From: a virus
Length of the DNA stretch: 64,000 nt
Strand: one strand, 5' to 3'
IMG/VR virus record: IMGVR_UViG_3300046171_000138
The number at the start of each line of letters is the position of its first letter. Position 1 is the first letter of the stretch. The notes under the pieces were generated by a model. It saw nothing but the letters and a program-made list of their open reading frames with translations, was not told where the DNA came from and searched no databases. Made by a program: the position numbers and the translations under genes. Below, in pieces: positions 10,307-19,909 of the stretch.

Positions 10307-11338
10307 ATGGACTTCTTATCCTCTATTCTCAAGGACACCAAGAATGAGTTTGCTTCTCGTGCATCTGACGGCATTGCTGCTGGTGACGTTGAAGATTTTG
10401 TTGATACTGGCAGTTATATCTTTAATGCCCTGGTTAGTGGCAGCATTTTTGGAGGTATTCCTTCCAATAAAATTACAGCCCTGGCAGGAGAATCGGGGAC
10501 TGGAAAGACTTTCTTTTGCCTTTCTGTCGTTCGTAATTTCCTTGATATTGATCCTGATGCTGGCGTCCTTTATTTTGAAACCGAGTCTGCCATTAGTAAG
10601 CAGATGATTGAGAGTCGTGGCATCGACTCTAAACGTATGATCATCTTCCCTGTCAATACAGTGGAGGAGTTCAGGACACAGGCAGTCAGGATCATCGACA
10701 AATATATGGAAACGCCTAAACAGGATCGCAAACCCCTGATGTTTGTGCTAGACTCTCTTGGTATGCTAGCCACCAACAAAGAAGTGCAGGACGCTACGGA
10801 CGATAAACAAGTTCGTGACATGACAAAATCTCAATTGATTAAGTCTTGTTTCAGAGTGCTCACCCTGAAGTTGGGAATGGCTAACATACCTATGTTAGTT
10901 ACTAATCATACCTATGATGTCATCGGTTCTTACGTTCCTGCAAAAGAAATGGGAGGAGGAAGTGGTCTCAAATATTCCGCCTCTACAATCGTTTATCTCG
11001 GAAAGAAAAAGGAGAAAGATGGAACGGTACTCGTCGGAAACATTATCAAATGCGAGGCTAAAAAGTCTCGTTTGACACGAGAAGGTTCCAAGATTGAAAC
11101 AAGACTCTTCTTTGATGAACGTGGTCTAGAAAAATACTATGGATTGCTTGAGCTCGGTGAGACAGCAGGTCTGTGGAAGAATGTTGCTGGTCGATATGAA
11201 ATTGACGGCAAGAAAGTCTATGCCAAACAGATCTTGAAAGACCCCGAGCACTATTTTACACCCGAAGTTCTTGCCCAACTAGATAAACAGGCACAGAAGA
11301 CATTCTTGTACGGAGCAGATAATGACGGAGAAGCTTGA
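10307..11338 (+). CDS. uvsX: RecA-like recombinase
   Basis: [26 protein letters not shown]; ATG at 10307. Confidence 0.95.
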   Translation: MDFLSSILKDTKNEFASRASDGIAAGDVEDFVDTGSYIFNALVSGSIFGGIPSNKITALAGESGTGKTFFCLSVVRNFLDIDPDAGVLYFETESAISKQMIESRGIDSKRMIIFPVNTVEEFRTQAVRIIDKYMETPKQDRKPLMFVLDSLGMLATNKEVQDATDDKQVRDMTKSQLIKSCFRVLTLKLGMANIPMLVTNHTYDVIGSYVPAKEMGGGSGLKYSASTIVYLGKKKEKDGTVLVGNIIKCEAKKSRLTREGSKIETRLFFDERGLEKYYGLLELGETAGLWKNVAGRYEIDGKKVYAKQILKDPEHYFTPEVLAQLDKQAQKTFLYGADNDGEA

Positions 11339-12719
11339 ACACTCTGTATTGAGAAATCTGCTTTGCAATGAGGAGTATTTTCGTAAGGTAGTTCCCTTTA
11401 TTAAAGGTGAATACTTTCAGGAACCATCGGAGCGAGTTCTCTTTGAAGAGATTCAAGAATTCTCTAACAAGTATGATAAGTATCCGACTAAAGAAGTCCT
11501 AATCATTAATTTAACTCAACGTAATGATCTTACTGAAGAAACTTATACGCAAACTGTATCGTATGTTAACTCGCTTGGTACAGAGTTTATTGAGACGAAG
11601 TGGCTTGTCGATGCGACGGAGAAATGGTGCCAGGAGAGGGCAGTCTACAACGCCCTCCTTGAATCTATCAAAATCGCAGAGGGATCAGGTGAACAGGAAG
11701 TATCAAAGGGGGCGATCCCAGGTATCCTACAAGAGGCTCTCGCAGTATCGTTTGATGAACACATCGGACACGACTACATACAGAATGTAGACGAAAGATA
11801 CGACTATTATCACCTTGAAGAGCACAAGATTCCCTTTGATATTGATAAGTTGAATCTGGTAACCAAGGGTGGTATTCCTAACAAGACACTCAACGTTGCT
11901 CTTGCTGGTACAGGTGTTGGTAAGTCACTATTCATGTGTCATATGGCAGCAGCATGTCTTTCTATTGGATATAATGTCCTCTACATCACACTAGAGATGG
12001 CAGAAGAAAAGATTGCTGAACGTATTGATGCTAATCTTTTGAATGTCAACATCCAAGAGATTGGTGAGATGCCCGAAGCAATCTTTAAAAGCAGAGTCAA
12101 TGAGATTGGTAGGAAGTCTCAAGGTAAATTGATTATCAAAGAGTATCCTACTGCTGCTGCACACTCTGGACATTTCAAGTCATTGTTGAGTGATCTCTCA
12201 CTTAAGAAAGACTTCAGACCTAATATAATCTTCGTTGATTATCTGAACATCTGTGCTTCATCGCGATACAAAGGACATATTGTTAACTCTTACACCTATG
12301 TTAAAGCGATTGCAGAAGAGTTACGTGGTCTTGCAGTCGAGCATGATCTCCCTGTTGTCACTGCTACTCAAACTACTAGGAGTGGTTTTGGCAATAGTGA
12401 TGTTGACCTCACAGATACTAGTGAATCTTTTGGTCTTCCCGCTACTGCCGATCTTATGCTTGCTCTTATATCTACTGAAGAACTAGAGCAGTCAGGTCGT
12501 ATCATGATCAAGCAGCTCAAGAACAGATACAACGATGCTGCCTATTACAGACGCTTCACTGTAGGCATTGACAGATCAAAAATGAAGCTGTATAATGTCG
12601 ATGACTCCGAAGGTGATATCTTATCTTCTGACTCTCCTGAAGAGGAGACCATGGACCGCCTAGATGATATCTCTGACAGGCAATCTAGACTAGACAAATT
12701 TTCCCAATTCGTAATTTAA
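11322..12719 (+). CDS. g41: replicative DNA helicase
   Basis: [41 protein letters not shown]. Confidence 0.96.
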   Translation: MTEKLEHSVLRNLLCNEEYFRKVVPFIKGEYFQEPSERVLFEEIQEFSNKYDKYPTKEVLIINLTQRNDLTEETYTQTVSYVNSLGTEFIETKWLVDATEKWCQERAVYNALLESIKIAEGSGEQEVSKGAIPGILQEALAVSFDEHIGHDYIQNVDERYDYYHLEEHKIPFDIDKLNLVTKGGIPNKTLNVALAGTGVGKSLFMCHMAAACLSIGYNVLYITLEMAEEKIAERIDANLLNVNIQEIGEMPEAIFKSRVNEIGRKSQGKLIIKEYPTAAAHSGHFKSLLSDLSLKKDFRPNIIFVDYLNICASSRYKGHIVNSYTYVKAIAEELRGLAVEHDLPVVTATQTTRSGFGNSDVDLTDTSESFGLPATADLMLALISTEELEQSGRIMIKQLKNRYNDAAYYRRFTVGIDRSKMKLYNVDDSEGDILSSDSPEEETMDRLDDISDRQSRLDKFSQFVI

Positions 12720-12721
12720 AC

Positions 12722-13126
12722 ATGACCGTTCAATTTGACCGCTATGAAGAATTTGTGGCAGCAGTTACTTCAGAGTGCTCTACAAACTTTGTTGACTTTG
12801 CTGATCGTATTGGTGCTCTTGATAGACAAGGTGCCAATATTGAGAGACTTCTTACTGCTGGTGTTGGAATTAATGCTGAAGGGGGTGAGTTCCTTGAGAT
12901 CATTAAGAAGATGGTCTTCCAAGGAAAACCGTGGAACGAAGATAATCGTGAGCATCTCATTATTGAGTTGGGTGACGTTATGTGGTATGTTGCTCAAGCT
13001 ACAATGGCACTTGATATTTCCTTCGATGAGGTAATCGAAACCAATGTCAACAAACTGAAGAAGCGTTACCCTGGTGGTGAGTTTAACGTTCATAATTCAG
13101 AAGTTCGTGCAGCAGGTGATCGTTAA
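12722..13126 (+). CDS. mazG: MazG-like NTP pyrophosphohydrolase
   Basis: EGGEFLE, ELGDVMWY, NVNKLKKRYP. Confidence 0.9.
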   Translation: MTVQFDRYEEFVAAVTSECSTNFVDFADRIGALDRQGANIERLLTAGVGINAEGGEFLEIIKKMVFQGKPWNEDNREHLIIELGDVMWYVAQATMALDISFDEVIETNVNKLKKRYPGGEFNVHNSEVRAAGDR

Positions 13127-13195
13127 AATATTATGAAGAACCCTCCATTTGTGAGGGTTTCATGATAATATAGATATGTCAGCAACAAACTGCTC

Positions 13196-13393
13196 ATGAT
13201 CAATCTACATGAAAAATTTAATCATTACCTCCACACTGATAAGACACCCGATTGTGGAAATATTGATGATGGTTTGATCGGGTATGGGTGGCGTGACGAT
13301 GGTAAACAAATCGTAGGATACTATCTCTTGACCAAACGACATAGGCATCATTACACCTTGACTCACGAGTATGTTGGTAAAGAATCTAACTAA
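13196..13393 (+). CDS. hypothetical protein
   Basis: 65-aa ORF. Confidence 0.6.
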   Translation: MINLHEKFNHYLHTDKTPDCGNIDDGLIGYGWRDDGKQIVGYYLLTKRHRHHYTLTHEYVGKESN

Positions 13394-13400
13394 CTTTTAT

Positions 13401-13430
13401 ACCTCCTCTAAATACTAGGGGAGGTTTTTT
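13401..13430 (+). promoter_or_regulatory. hairpin containing late promoter CTAAATA and sequestering SD GGAGGT; also terminator-like
   Basis: ACCTCCTCTA-AATAC-TAGGGGAGGT then T run; CTAAATA 13408-13414; SD 13420-13425, ATG 13434. Confidence 0.7.
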
Positions 13431-13433
13431 CGT

Positions 13434-14657
13434 ATGAAGTTAGCAGATCTCTGCCGCAATGGCAAAGAGTATGACATGCGTATCACCAAGATGATCAGGA
13501 AGATCGCTTCGGGTGGTAGATTTTTGCTTGCCGATAGCATGGGTGACATTAACATCTATGAAATTACAGTCACTTTCAAGGACGGCACCCAGTCTGGATA
13601 CGACGTTGACCACCTACAAGATGCTGCAATACAGAGGTATCTGCGCCAGGACATTTTGTCGCTAGCAAACAATGGTGGTTTTCGTGGCAAGGGAAACATT
13701 GAGGTGTTTGGTGGCATCAGCGACACACATCTCACCGCTACCTTTGACTTCCAAGATCTAGTAAAGACAGCAGAATTTGGTGGTCAAGGTAAGAAGGGTG
13801 GTAAAACAAATAAAGGTAATGACTACGAGAAAGATCTCTTCGAGAGTTGCGAGCACTATTTTGAGGGGGGTGGTCCTTACCCAGAGCATGCGAAACAGAT
13901 CATTGACAAGATAAGTAAGGCAACGAAGCTCACATTTAAGGGTGCTAAACATGCTGGTGGTGACAACAGTTCTAGACCATTGAGGATGAGAGGTGCTAAC
14001 GACATCTACATCTCTGCTGGTGGTTCTACTACCCTAGATATGGGTAAAACACTGACAGATATTACACTTCTTTTTGGACCAGCGGGAGGTAAACCAACAA
14101 AGGAAATCTACCTGTCAGTTAAGATGGGAGACACACTGTCTTTCTTTAACTGTGGTGTCCGAGGTGGTGGTAAAGATAACCTATCACTGTTCCCCACTAC
14201 TTCTTTCAAGACAGGAGATATTCCACCTGCTGGTCTAGTATACCTGAACATGTTTGGTATTGATTCTGAAGATTTTCAGACAGTATTCAAAGAATATGTT
14301 GGTAAGGATGCTGGTAAAACGACAGTAAATAACCACCGAAGGAAAGTAACTTTAAAACCTTCTGGTGTCAGAGGATTGAAGAGACTCATTGCATCTGGTG
14401 TAGGTTATGGATATTGGATGGTCCATTACACGGGCACCGATGTACATTGCTATGAAGTTGACAGAAGATACATGGCAAATTCTTCTGCTCTGATTGGTAA
14501 TGAGATTGAGATTCACTATGGTGGTGTCAACGGCAAAGGAAAGCGAGTTGACATCCTATTTGAAACAAAGAACTATGAGTTCAAATTTAATATCAGATCA
14601 AAGAGTGGAGGAGAGACATTCCCAACACACACCAACGGGGATTACTATAAGAAGTAA
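13434..14657 (+). CDS. putative PD-(D/E)xK-fold endonuclease-like protein
   Basis: NKGNDYEKDL ... KTLTDITL ... EIYLSVK pattern (E..D..SxK variant). Confidence 0.5.
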   Translation: MKLADLCRNGKEYDMRITKMIRKIASGGRFLLADSMGDINIYEITVTFKDGTQSGYDVDHLQDAAIQRYLRQDILSLANNGGFRGKGNIEVFGGISDTHLTATFDFQDLVKTAEFGGQGKKGGKTNKGNDYEKDLFESCEHYFEGGGPYPEHAKQIIDKISKATKLTFKGAKHAGGDNSSRPLRMRGANDIYISAGGSTTLDMGKTLTDITLLFGPAGGKPTKEIYLSVKMGDTLSFFNCGVRGGGKDNLSLFPTTSFKTGDIPPAGLVYLNMFGIDSEDFQTVFKEYVGKDAGKTTVNNHRRKVTLKPSGVRGLKRLIASGVGYGYWMVHYTGTDVHCYEVDRRYMANSSALIGNEIEIHYGGVNGKGKRVDILFETKNYEFKFNIRSKSGGETFPTHTNGDYYKK

Positions 14658-15853
14658 TGGCAAACATTAAGCAATTAAAACATCTAGAACACATAGAAGA
14701 TGAAATGCTAAACTATGGTACAGAAGGATGTACTGCAGCAGTTGCTTTCCTGAAGGAACTTCGTAAGATGCTGGGTCACCAGGAGTCTCAAGGTTTCATG
14801 CAAACCAAGTGGGATGGTGCTCCATCAGTCATCTGTGGTGTGCATCCATACACGAAAAGATTCTTTGTTGGCACTAAATCTGTGTTCAACAAAACAGAAC
14901 CAAAACTATGCTTCTTACCTGGTGATGTAGACGCATACTATTCAGGTGATTTGGCAGAGAAACTTAAGTTCTCTCTAGAATATTTTAGTAAACTAGGTAT
15001 CGATGGAGTCGTGCAAGGCGACCTCATGTTTACTAACAGCACATTGAAAACAGAGACGGTTAATGGTGAGAGACTGTACACATTCAGACCTAACACTATT
15101 ACCTATGGCATTCCAGTAGATCATCCTATCGGCAAATCAGCAGGTAGAGCAAAGATTGGTGTAGTATTCCACACTCATTACACTGGTGATGACCTTGCAG
15201 ACATGCAAGCTCGTGCAGGTGCTGATGTTACTGGTTCACAAGATGCATTGGTGATCAAAAATGACACACCAATGGATCAAGTTGGTTTTAGTAAGCAAGA
15301 ATTACAACGCTTTGACAACCATGTACAAAAGATCGAACGTATGTGTGCCATTACTGGTCCTTTTCTTGACGATCTGGTTTCCAATATGGGCAGCACTGGT
15401 GATAAGAAATTTCATATCTCAACCTTCGTCAAACAGTTCTTCAACAGCGAGGTTAAAGCTGGAGTACAGATTACAAACGTGGACGAAACGATCCATGCCC
15501 TGGTAAATTTCTACGATGCCAAGATGCAGAAGGAGTTAGCAAAGATCAAGACAGTTGCTAACAGAACAAAGAAGTGTGCGCTGGTATATGAGAGTGAGAA
15601 CTATCTCCTAGATAATGTCTACAAGTTTAAGATGATGATTGCTCTGTACAAAGAGTTGCAAAATCTTAAGCAAATGGTTATAGATAAACTGGACCACCTT
15701 GAGGAGTTCAGAACCTATGTCCAGACAGAGAATGGATATAAGGTGACGACACCTGAAGGATATGTTATGCACAAAGATGGCAGCATGATTAAGTTTGTCA
15801 ATCGCTTTGAGTTTGCGTTCAACAACTTTACTCTACAAAAGCAATGGCGTTAA
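14657..15853 (+). CDS. DUF6267-like protein with ligase-type nucleotidyltransferase motifs
   Basis: KHLEHIED; TKWDGAP (KxDG), VVQGDLMF, TPEGYV, IKFVNR. Confidence 0.65.
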   Translation: MANIKQLKHLEHIEDEMLNYGTEGCTAAVAFLKELRKMLGHQESQGFMQTKWDGAPSVICGVHPYTKRFFVGTKSVFNKTEPKLCFLPGDVDAYYSGDLAEKLKFSLEYFSKLGIDGVVQGDLMFTNSTLKTETVNGERLYTFRPNTITYGIPVDHPIGKSAGRAKIGVVFHTHYTGDDLADMQARAGADVTGSQDALVIKNDTPMDQVGFSKQELQRFDNHVQKIERMCAITGPFLDDLVSNMGSTGDKKFHISTFVKQFFNSEVKAGVQITNVDETIHALVNFYDAKMQKELAKIKTVANRTKKCALVYESENYLLDNVYKFKMMIALYKELQNLKQMVIDKLDHLEEFRTYVQTENGYKVTTPEGYVMHKDGSMIKFVNRFEFAFNNFTLQKQWR

Positions 15854-16407
15854 ATTGTAAGACCTGCTACTTTACGTTTGGCAGATTCCAACCACCTACT
15901 ACTGGTCACAAAGAAAACTTTGACGGAGTGAAACGTGCATCAGGACGACACGATTATCGCATTTATATTTCTCAATCCCACGACACTAAAGGAAAGAATC
16001 CCCTCGCACCTCATCGTAAACTATTCTACATGGAGAAGATGTTCCCAGAGCATAAGGGTAAAATCTTTTCGGGTCCTAAACAACCCGTGGAGATCTTACA
16101 GGAGCTTATGATGGATGGGTATAATGAAGCAGTGTTTCTTGTAGGATCTGATAGGGTATCAGCCATGTCATTCCTCCATAAATATAACGGCACGGAGTTT
16201 TCTTTTAGAAAACTAGAAATTCAATCTTCAGGCAGCAGAGATGCTGATGGAGATACCTTTGCTATTTCTGGAACAAAGATGAGACGTGCTGCTTTTGCTG
16301 CCGACTTCAAAACATTTAGGTCTGGTATACCCAGAGCACTGAATGATAAAGATTGTATGGCAATGATGATGGAAATTAAAGGAGCACTCCCCGCTAATTT
16401 TAAATGA
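15844..16407 (+). CDS. cytidylyltransferase-like (HxGH) nucleotidyltransferase
   Basis: FGRFQPPTTGH, KNPL, VGSDR, ISGTKMR. Confidence 0.85.
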   Translation: MALNCKTCYFTFGRFQPPTTGHKENFDGVKRASGRHDYRIYISQSHDTKGKNPLAPHRKLFYMEKMFPEHKGKIFSGPKQPVEILQELMMDGYNEAVFLVGSDRVSAMSFLHKYNGTEFSFRKLEIQSSGSRDADGDTFAISGTKMRRAAFAADFKTFRSGIPRALNDKDCMAMMMEIKGALPANFK

Positions 16408-16679
16408 AAGACTTCAAAAAATTGAGAGAGCAAGCAGTTCGTCAGCAGCATAGACAAACTGATACATTTGCTGAAGGTGATATTATTATGAATGCATTGA
16501 CTGGACAGAAAGGTAGTATACATAGGTCTGGAGTCAACTATGTTATTGCAATTACCGAGTCTGGTGAGATGTTTAGAGCGTGGGTAAAAGACATCCGCGC
16601 CGTACAAGTAATTGATACCATAAATAAAGACAGGAAAAGTAGTATTTTCAATAATGGAAAGACAGAAACCAGTCAATAG
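16404..16679 (+). CDS. hypothetical protein
   Basis: 91-aa ORF, ATGA overlap. Confidence 0.7.
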   Translation: MKDFKKLREQAVRQQHRQTDTFAEGDIIMNALTGQKGSIHRSGVNYVIAITESGEMFRAWVKDIRAVQVIDTINKDRKSSIFNNGKTETSQ

Positions 16680-17382
16680 TGTGCAGCATAATGATGCCTA
16701 TTCCCAGGCACTTATTAATTCGTATTCAAAGTGGATGGGTGGAGATGGATTCCAACAGTCTACTATCAGTGAAGAGTCTGCTACCATCCCAGCACCAGAG
16801 AAGAAAGAACTAGGAGCTCCTGGTCCTGCTGGTGGTACTGATGCATCCACTTCTATCCCTGACCTTTCTGGTAAGGAAAAGAAAGAGGATGACTTCTCGA
16901 CTAAAGATCCTAAAACAAACGCTGCTCCCCCTGATCCTGCTGCTAACCTGCGTACAGGTCAAGGTATGAAGTATTCTGTTGGAGCACAGATCAAAGATAC
17001 TACTAAAGTTGCTACAGAGACACTTTCTTTTGAACTTGATGGTGCAACATACATCTTTGAAGTCAAGATGGATGGCAAAGATGACAATGGTAACACCTCT
17101 TGCTGGAAAGGATATAAGAAGCAAGGCACCAAGAAGAAAGGTGGTAAGGAAGTCAACAACTGTGTCAAGGCAGGATTTGAGCCTACTGGCGAAGAGATCA
17201 AAGAGAAGAAACTTGATCCCGTAGGCAAGGAAGATAAGGACATCGACAACGATGGTGACCACGATAAGTCTGATAAGTATCTGCTTGCTCGCCGCAAGAA
17301 GGTCTCCAAGATTGTCAACACCAGCAAGAAGATGAAAGAGCAGGCAGAACTTCGCAAGGAGATCGAAGAAGAAAAAAAGTGA
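16654..17382 (+). CDS. charged hypothetical protein, possibly internal virion protein
   Basis: K/E/D-rich; CWKGY...NNCVK and DKDIDNDGDHD motifs; ends at slippery A AAA AAG TGA. Confidence 0.7.
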   Translation: MERQKPVNSVQHNDAYSQALINSYSKWMGGDGFQQSTISEESATIPAPEKKELGAPGPAGGTDASTSIPDLSGKEKKEDDFSTKDPKTNAAPPDPAANLRTGQGMKYSVGAQIKDTTKVATETLSFELDGATYIFEVKMDGKDDNGNTSCWKGYKKQGTKKKGGKEVNNCVKAGFEPTGEEIKEKKLDPVGKEDKDIDNDGDHDKSDKYLLARRKKVSKIVNTSKKMKEQAELRKEIEEEKK

Positions 17383-17504
17383 AAGCGGCACACGTCGAAG
17401 TGATGCCTGACATCAAAGACGGTGCTGCCGAGGATAAAGAGAATAATAAAAAGAATAAAAAGTATATTCTCAAGGCAATGAAGAGTCAGAAAAAGGCAGA
17501 CTAA
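17379..17504 (+). CDS. 41-codon ORF in the -1 frame; GTG-start ORF or frameshift extension of the previous gene
   Basis: GTG AAA GCG GCA CAC ... GAC TAA (VKAAHVEVMPDIKDGAAEDKENNKKNKKYILKAMKSQKKAD). Confidence 0.55.
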   Translation: MKAAHVEVMPDIKDGAAEDKENNKKNKKYILKAMKSQKKAD

Positions 17505-17533
17505 ATAAGGGCGTATACTATGCCCCTAAAATC

Positions 17534-17734
17534 ATGCTAGCATTTCTACTTCCCCTGGCGTCAAAAATTATTACCGATGCCATTAACAAAATCCCAGAGA
17601 ATGAAGAACTCGGTGAGAAGATGGTTGAGATCTGTCTTGTTATTCTTGCTAAAGCGGTTAAGCTGACCAAGACTGACATGGATGATCAACTACTTGAAGT
17701 TGTCACCAAAGCGATTAAGAATAGAGAAGAGTGA
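17534..17734 (+). CDS. small hypothetical protein
   Basis: 66-aa ORF after CTAAATA (17501-17507). Confidence 0.7.
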   Translation: MLAFLLPLASKIITDAINKIPENEELGEKMVEICLVILAKAVKLTKTDMDDQLLEVVTKAIKNREE

Positions 17735-17741
17735 TAATATA

Positions 17742-17770
17742 GGGAGGGGATAGTGCCTCTCCCTTTTTTT
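17742..17770 (+). terminator. intrinsic terminator
   Basis: GGGAGGGG/CCTCTCCC stem followed by T run. Confidence 0.7.
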
Positions 17771-17778
17771 TATAAATA
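17771..17778 (+). promoter_or_regulatory. T4-type late promoter
   Basis: Perfect TATAAATA upstream of the Ig-domain gene. Confidence 0.8.
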
Positions 17779-17811
17779 CATATTAGGTAAATATAAACGC
17801 GCTGAAAACTC

Positions 17812-18396
17812 ATGTCCCTATACGGAAAGGATGACAGCAATGCTAACAAAGCCAAAGCAGGCATTGGCATTGCTGCATCATCGCAAGCAAAACAAACAAT
17901 TTTTATTGACGACACCGAAGCAGCACTTGCCGAGAATAAGGCTCGTGGTCTGAATGCTCCTGGTTGGTGGTCTTACTACACCTTCACTGATTGTGATGGT
18001 CACACTCGCCATAAGGCAGAGATGCTAGTAACAATCGCTGGTCCTGAAGCTAACTCTAACGAGACACAATCGGATGATGCACAGGCAGCAGACGTAAGCG
18101 TAGCAATCACCATCAGCACACAACCTGCAAATACTGCAGTTGCTGTTGATGCTGCTCTGACACTTACTCTTGCCTCTATTGCAACTCCTCCTGGAGATGC
18201 TTCCGTCCTCACGTATCAGTGGCAGAAATTGTCTGATGCAAATCGTTGGGCAAACATTTCTGGAGCGACTGCAACAACCTTTGAGGTTGCAGAATATGCA
18301 ACAACTGACGCTGGTTCCTACCGTGTCAAGATTAACTCCACTAATGGTGCTACTGAAGTTATCTCCGCTACCGCAGTAGTTACTACCGCCGAATAA
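17812..18396 (+). CDS. virion structural protein with C-terminal Ig-like domain
   Basis: ISTQP...LTYQWQK...ISGATATTF...DAGSYRVKI Ig pattern; late promoter. Confidence 0.75.
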   Translation: MSLYGKDDSNANKAKAGIGIAASSQAKQTIFIDDTEAALAENKARGLNAPGWWSYYTFTDCDGHTRHKAEMLVTIAGPEANSNETQSDDAQAADVSVAITISTQPANTAVAVDAALTLTLASIATPPGDASVLTYQWQKLSDANRWANISGATATTFEVAEYATTDAGSYRVKINSTNGATEVISATAVVTTAE

Positions 18397-18399
18397 TAA

Positions 18400-18756
18400 A
18401 TGAAGTTCGATGAGTTGAACCAGGACAACTGGTTGATGTTTGCTATACGTAATTATAATAACCCGAACTCCGCCACGTATGATGACTTTAAAAAAGATCT
18501 AAATAAGATTAAGTGCGTCAAACGTTTATTTCGTCGTTATGAAATGCACGGTGAGTTGAAAGTTCATCTCATTTTAAATCATATCATCGTCATGTATAAT
18601 GTATTTGATGATGCTGCAACGCCTCTATTATTTTATAAAATAGAGGCGAAACACTGGTCAAAATTAAAAGCTTTTATGCTGACCCTTAACCGCTTACCAG
18701 AAAGTCTAAACCTCGACGTTGATCAAGAATGTCTGAAGAATCTAAATCTACTGTGA
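18400..18756 (+). CDS. conserved hypothetical protein
   Basis: MFAIRNYNNP, LILNHIIVMYNVF. Confidence 0.75.
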   Translation: MKFDELNQDNWLMFAIRNYNNPNSATYDDFKKDLNKIKCVKRLFRRYEMHGELKVHLILNHIIVMYNVFDDAATPLLFYKIEAKHWSKLKAFMLTLNRLPESLNLDVDQECLKNLNLL

Positions 18757-19448
18757 ATGAAATGATGGCTGGCGATGGCGCTGCTTTGTCAATGCCACCT
18801 GCTTTCGTATTTGTTAACCCAAAGTCTCAACGTAGATATAAGAAAGCCAATCAAGACAAGGTAGATGGTCGCACCAAGGGTGCAAAAACAATGCTCTCTC
18901 GTATACAGTCCCGCAAGAAAATGAAAGAAGAATTAGAAACACAAATTGTTGAAGCAGCTCCTTCTGAAACAGAGAGAGCACAGAAACAAATCGGTCAGAT
19001 GAAAAAACTTGGCCGTTCTAAAGATCTGCAGAAGAAGCGTGACGAAGCGAAGAAGAAAATGCAGTCCAAGACGAAAGAAATGGACGTGCTAATGAAGGCT
19101 CGTATGTCTGACTTTAAAAAGAAGGCATCTGACCAAACAAAAAAACTTAAGAAAGAAGAAACTGAAGTGACTAAAGAAATTATGACTGAATCCACTGCAC
19201 AACAAGATGCCCTGGACGTTGCACTCCAAGTTGCAACCTCCGAACTCAATCCTTCTGGTGAGTCTTCCTTTGCGAAGATTACATTTGGTGATGGATCTCA
19301 ACAGAACCTTGATAACTTTTCTGCAAAGAGAATTGCTGCATGTTATGCACAACTCCCTAATGAGCACCAGACACAGTTTCGTTATATGCTCAACAAAGAT
19401 GCTGCTACGTATCAGTCGGCTCTTGATTTCGCTGTAAGGAACGTATAG
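18729..19448 (+). CDS. hypothetical protein (coiled-coil, K/E-rich)
   Basis: 239-aa ORF; VDGRTK motif. Confidence 0.7.
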   Translation: MSEESKSTVNEMMAGDGAALSMPPAFVFVNPKSQRRYKKANQDKVDGRTKGAKTMLSRIQSRKKMKEELETQIVEAAPSETERAQKQIGQMKKLGRSKDLQKKRDEAKKKMQSKTKEMDVLMKARMSDFKKKASDQTKKLKKEETEVTKEIMTESTAQQDALDVALQVATSELNPSGESSFAKITFGDGSQQNLDNFSAKRIAACYAQLPNEHQTQFRYMLNKDAATYQSALDFAVRNV

Positions 19449-19450
19449 GT

Positions 19451-19909
19451 ATGGCATTCGGTCTTGGTAGATTAGCAGTATTAGAATCAAAACTGGATAT
19501 TTATGAAGACCTCTCGAAAGAGATGCTTGACAAGCTCGAAAGAGCAGTAGGAACAATCTCTGATAACAGTAATAAGATTGCTGTTATCTTGGAGCGTCAT
19601 GAGAACAGACTGGATGAGAGCGAACGCGCTGACAAGTTGATCCTCAAGATGCTTGAGGAGATGAAAGAGAAGCAGAGTAAAGATAATGAAGTCTTGCACG
19701 AAAGAGTCTCTCTAGTTCAGAAGAAAGTTGACGCCAACGCAAAGTTTGTTGTCGGTGCAGGAGCAGTTCTTGTAACCCTTGCGACAATATTACAAGTGGT
19801 CCCACCTTTCATGAAAGCATTGACACCCATCAAAGCATCTGGTATCATGGGTACAATGATGAATTCAGTCGATGAGCTATCTGGACAGCAAATACGTAAG
19901 TTTAGTTAG
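19451..19909 (+). CDS. coiled-coil protein with C-terminal TM helix
   Basis: Heptad-rich N-terminus; hydrophobic FVVGAGAVLVTLATILQVV. Confidence 0.7.
   Translation: MAFGLGRLAVLESKLDIYEDLSKEMLDKLERAVGTISDNSNKIAVILERHENRLDESERADKLILKMLEEMKEKQSKDNEVLHERVSLVQKKVDANAKFVVGAGAVLVTLATILQVVPPFMKALTPIKASGIMGTMMNSVDELSGQQIRKFS

Noticed and set aside
13138-13169. Possible promoter after mazG
   Set aside because: GATAAT has no -35 at a suitable spacing; only a weak hairpin (AACCCTC/GAGGGTT) is supported
16810-17393. Two long minus-strand ORFs (193 aa and 144 aa)
   Set aside because: Expected antisense openness of a K/E-rich, low-complexity gene
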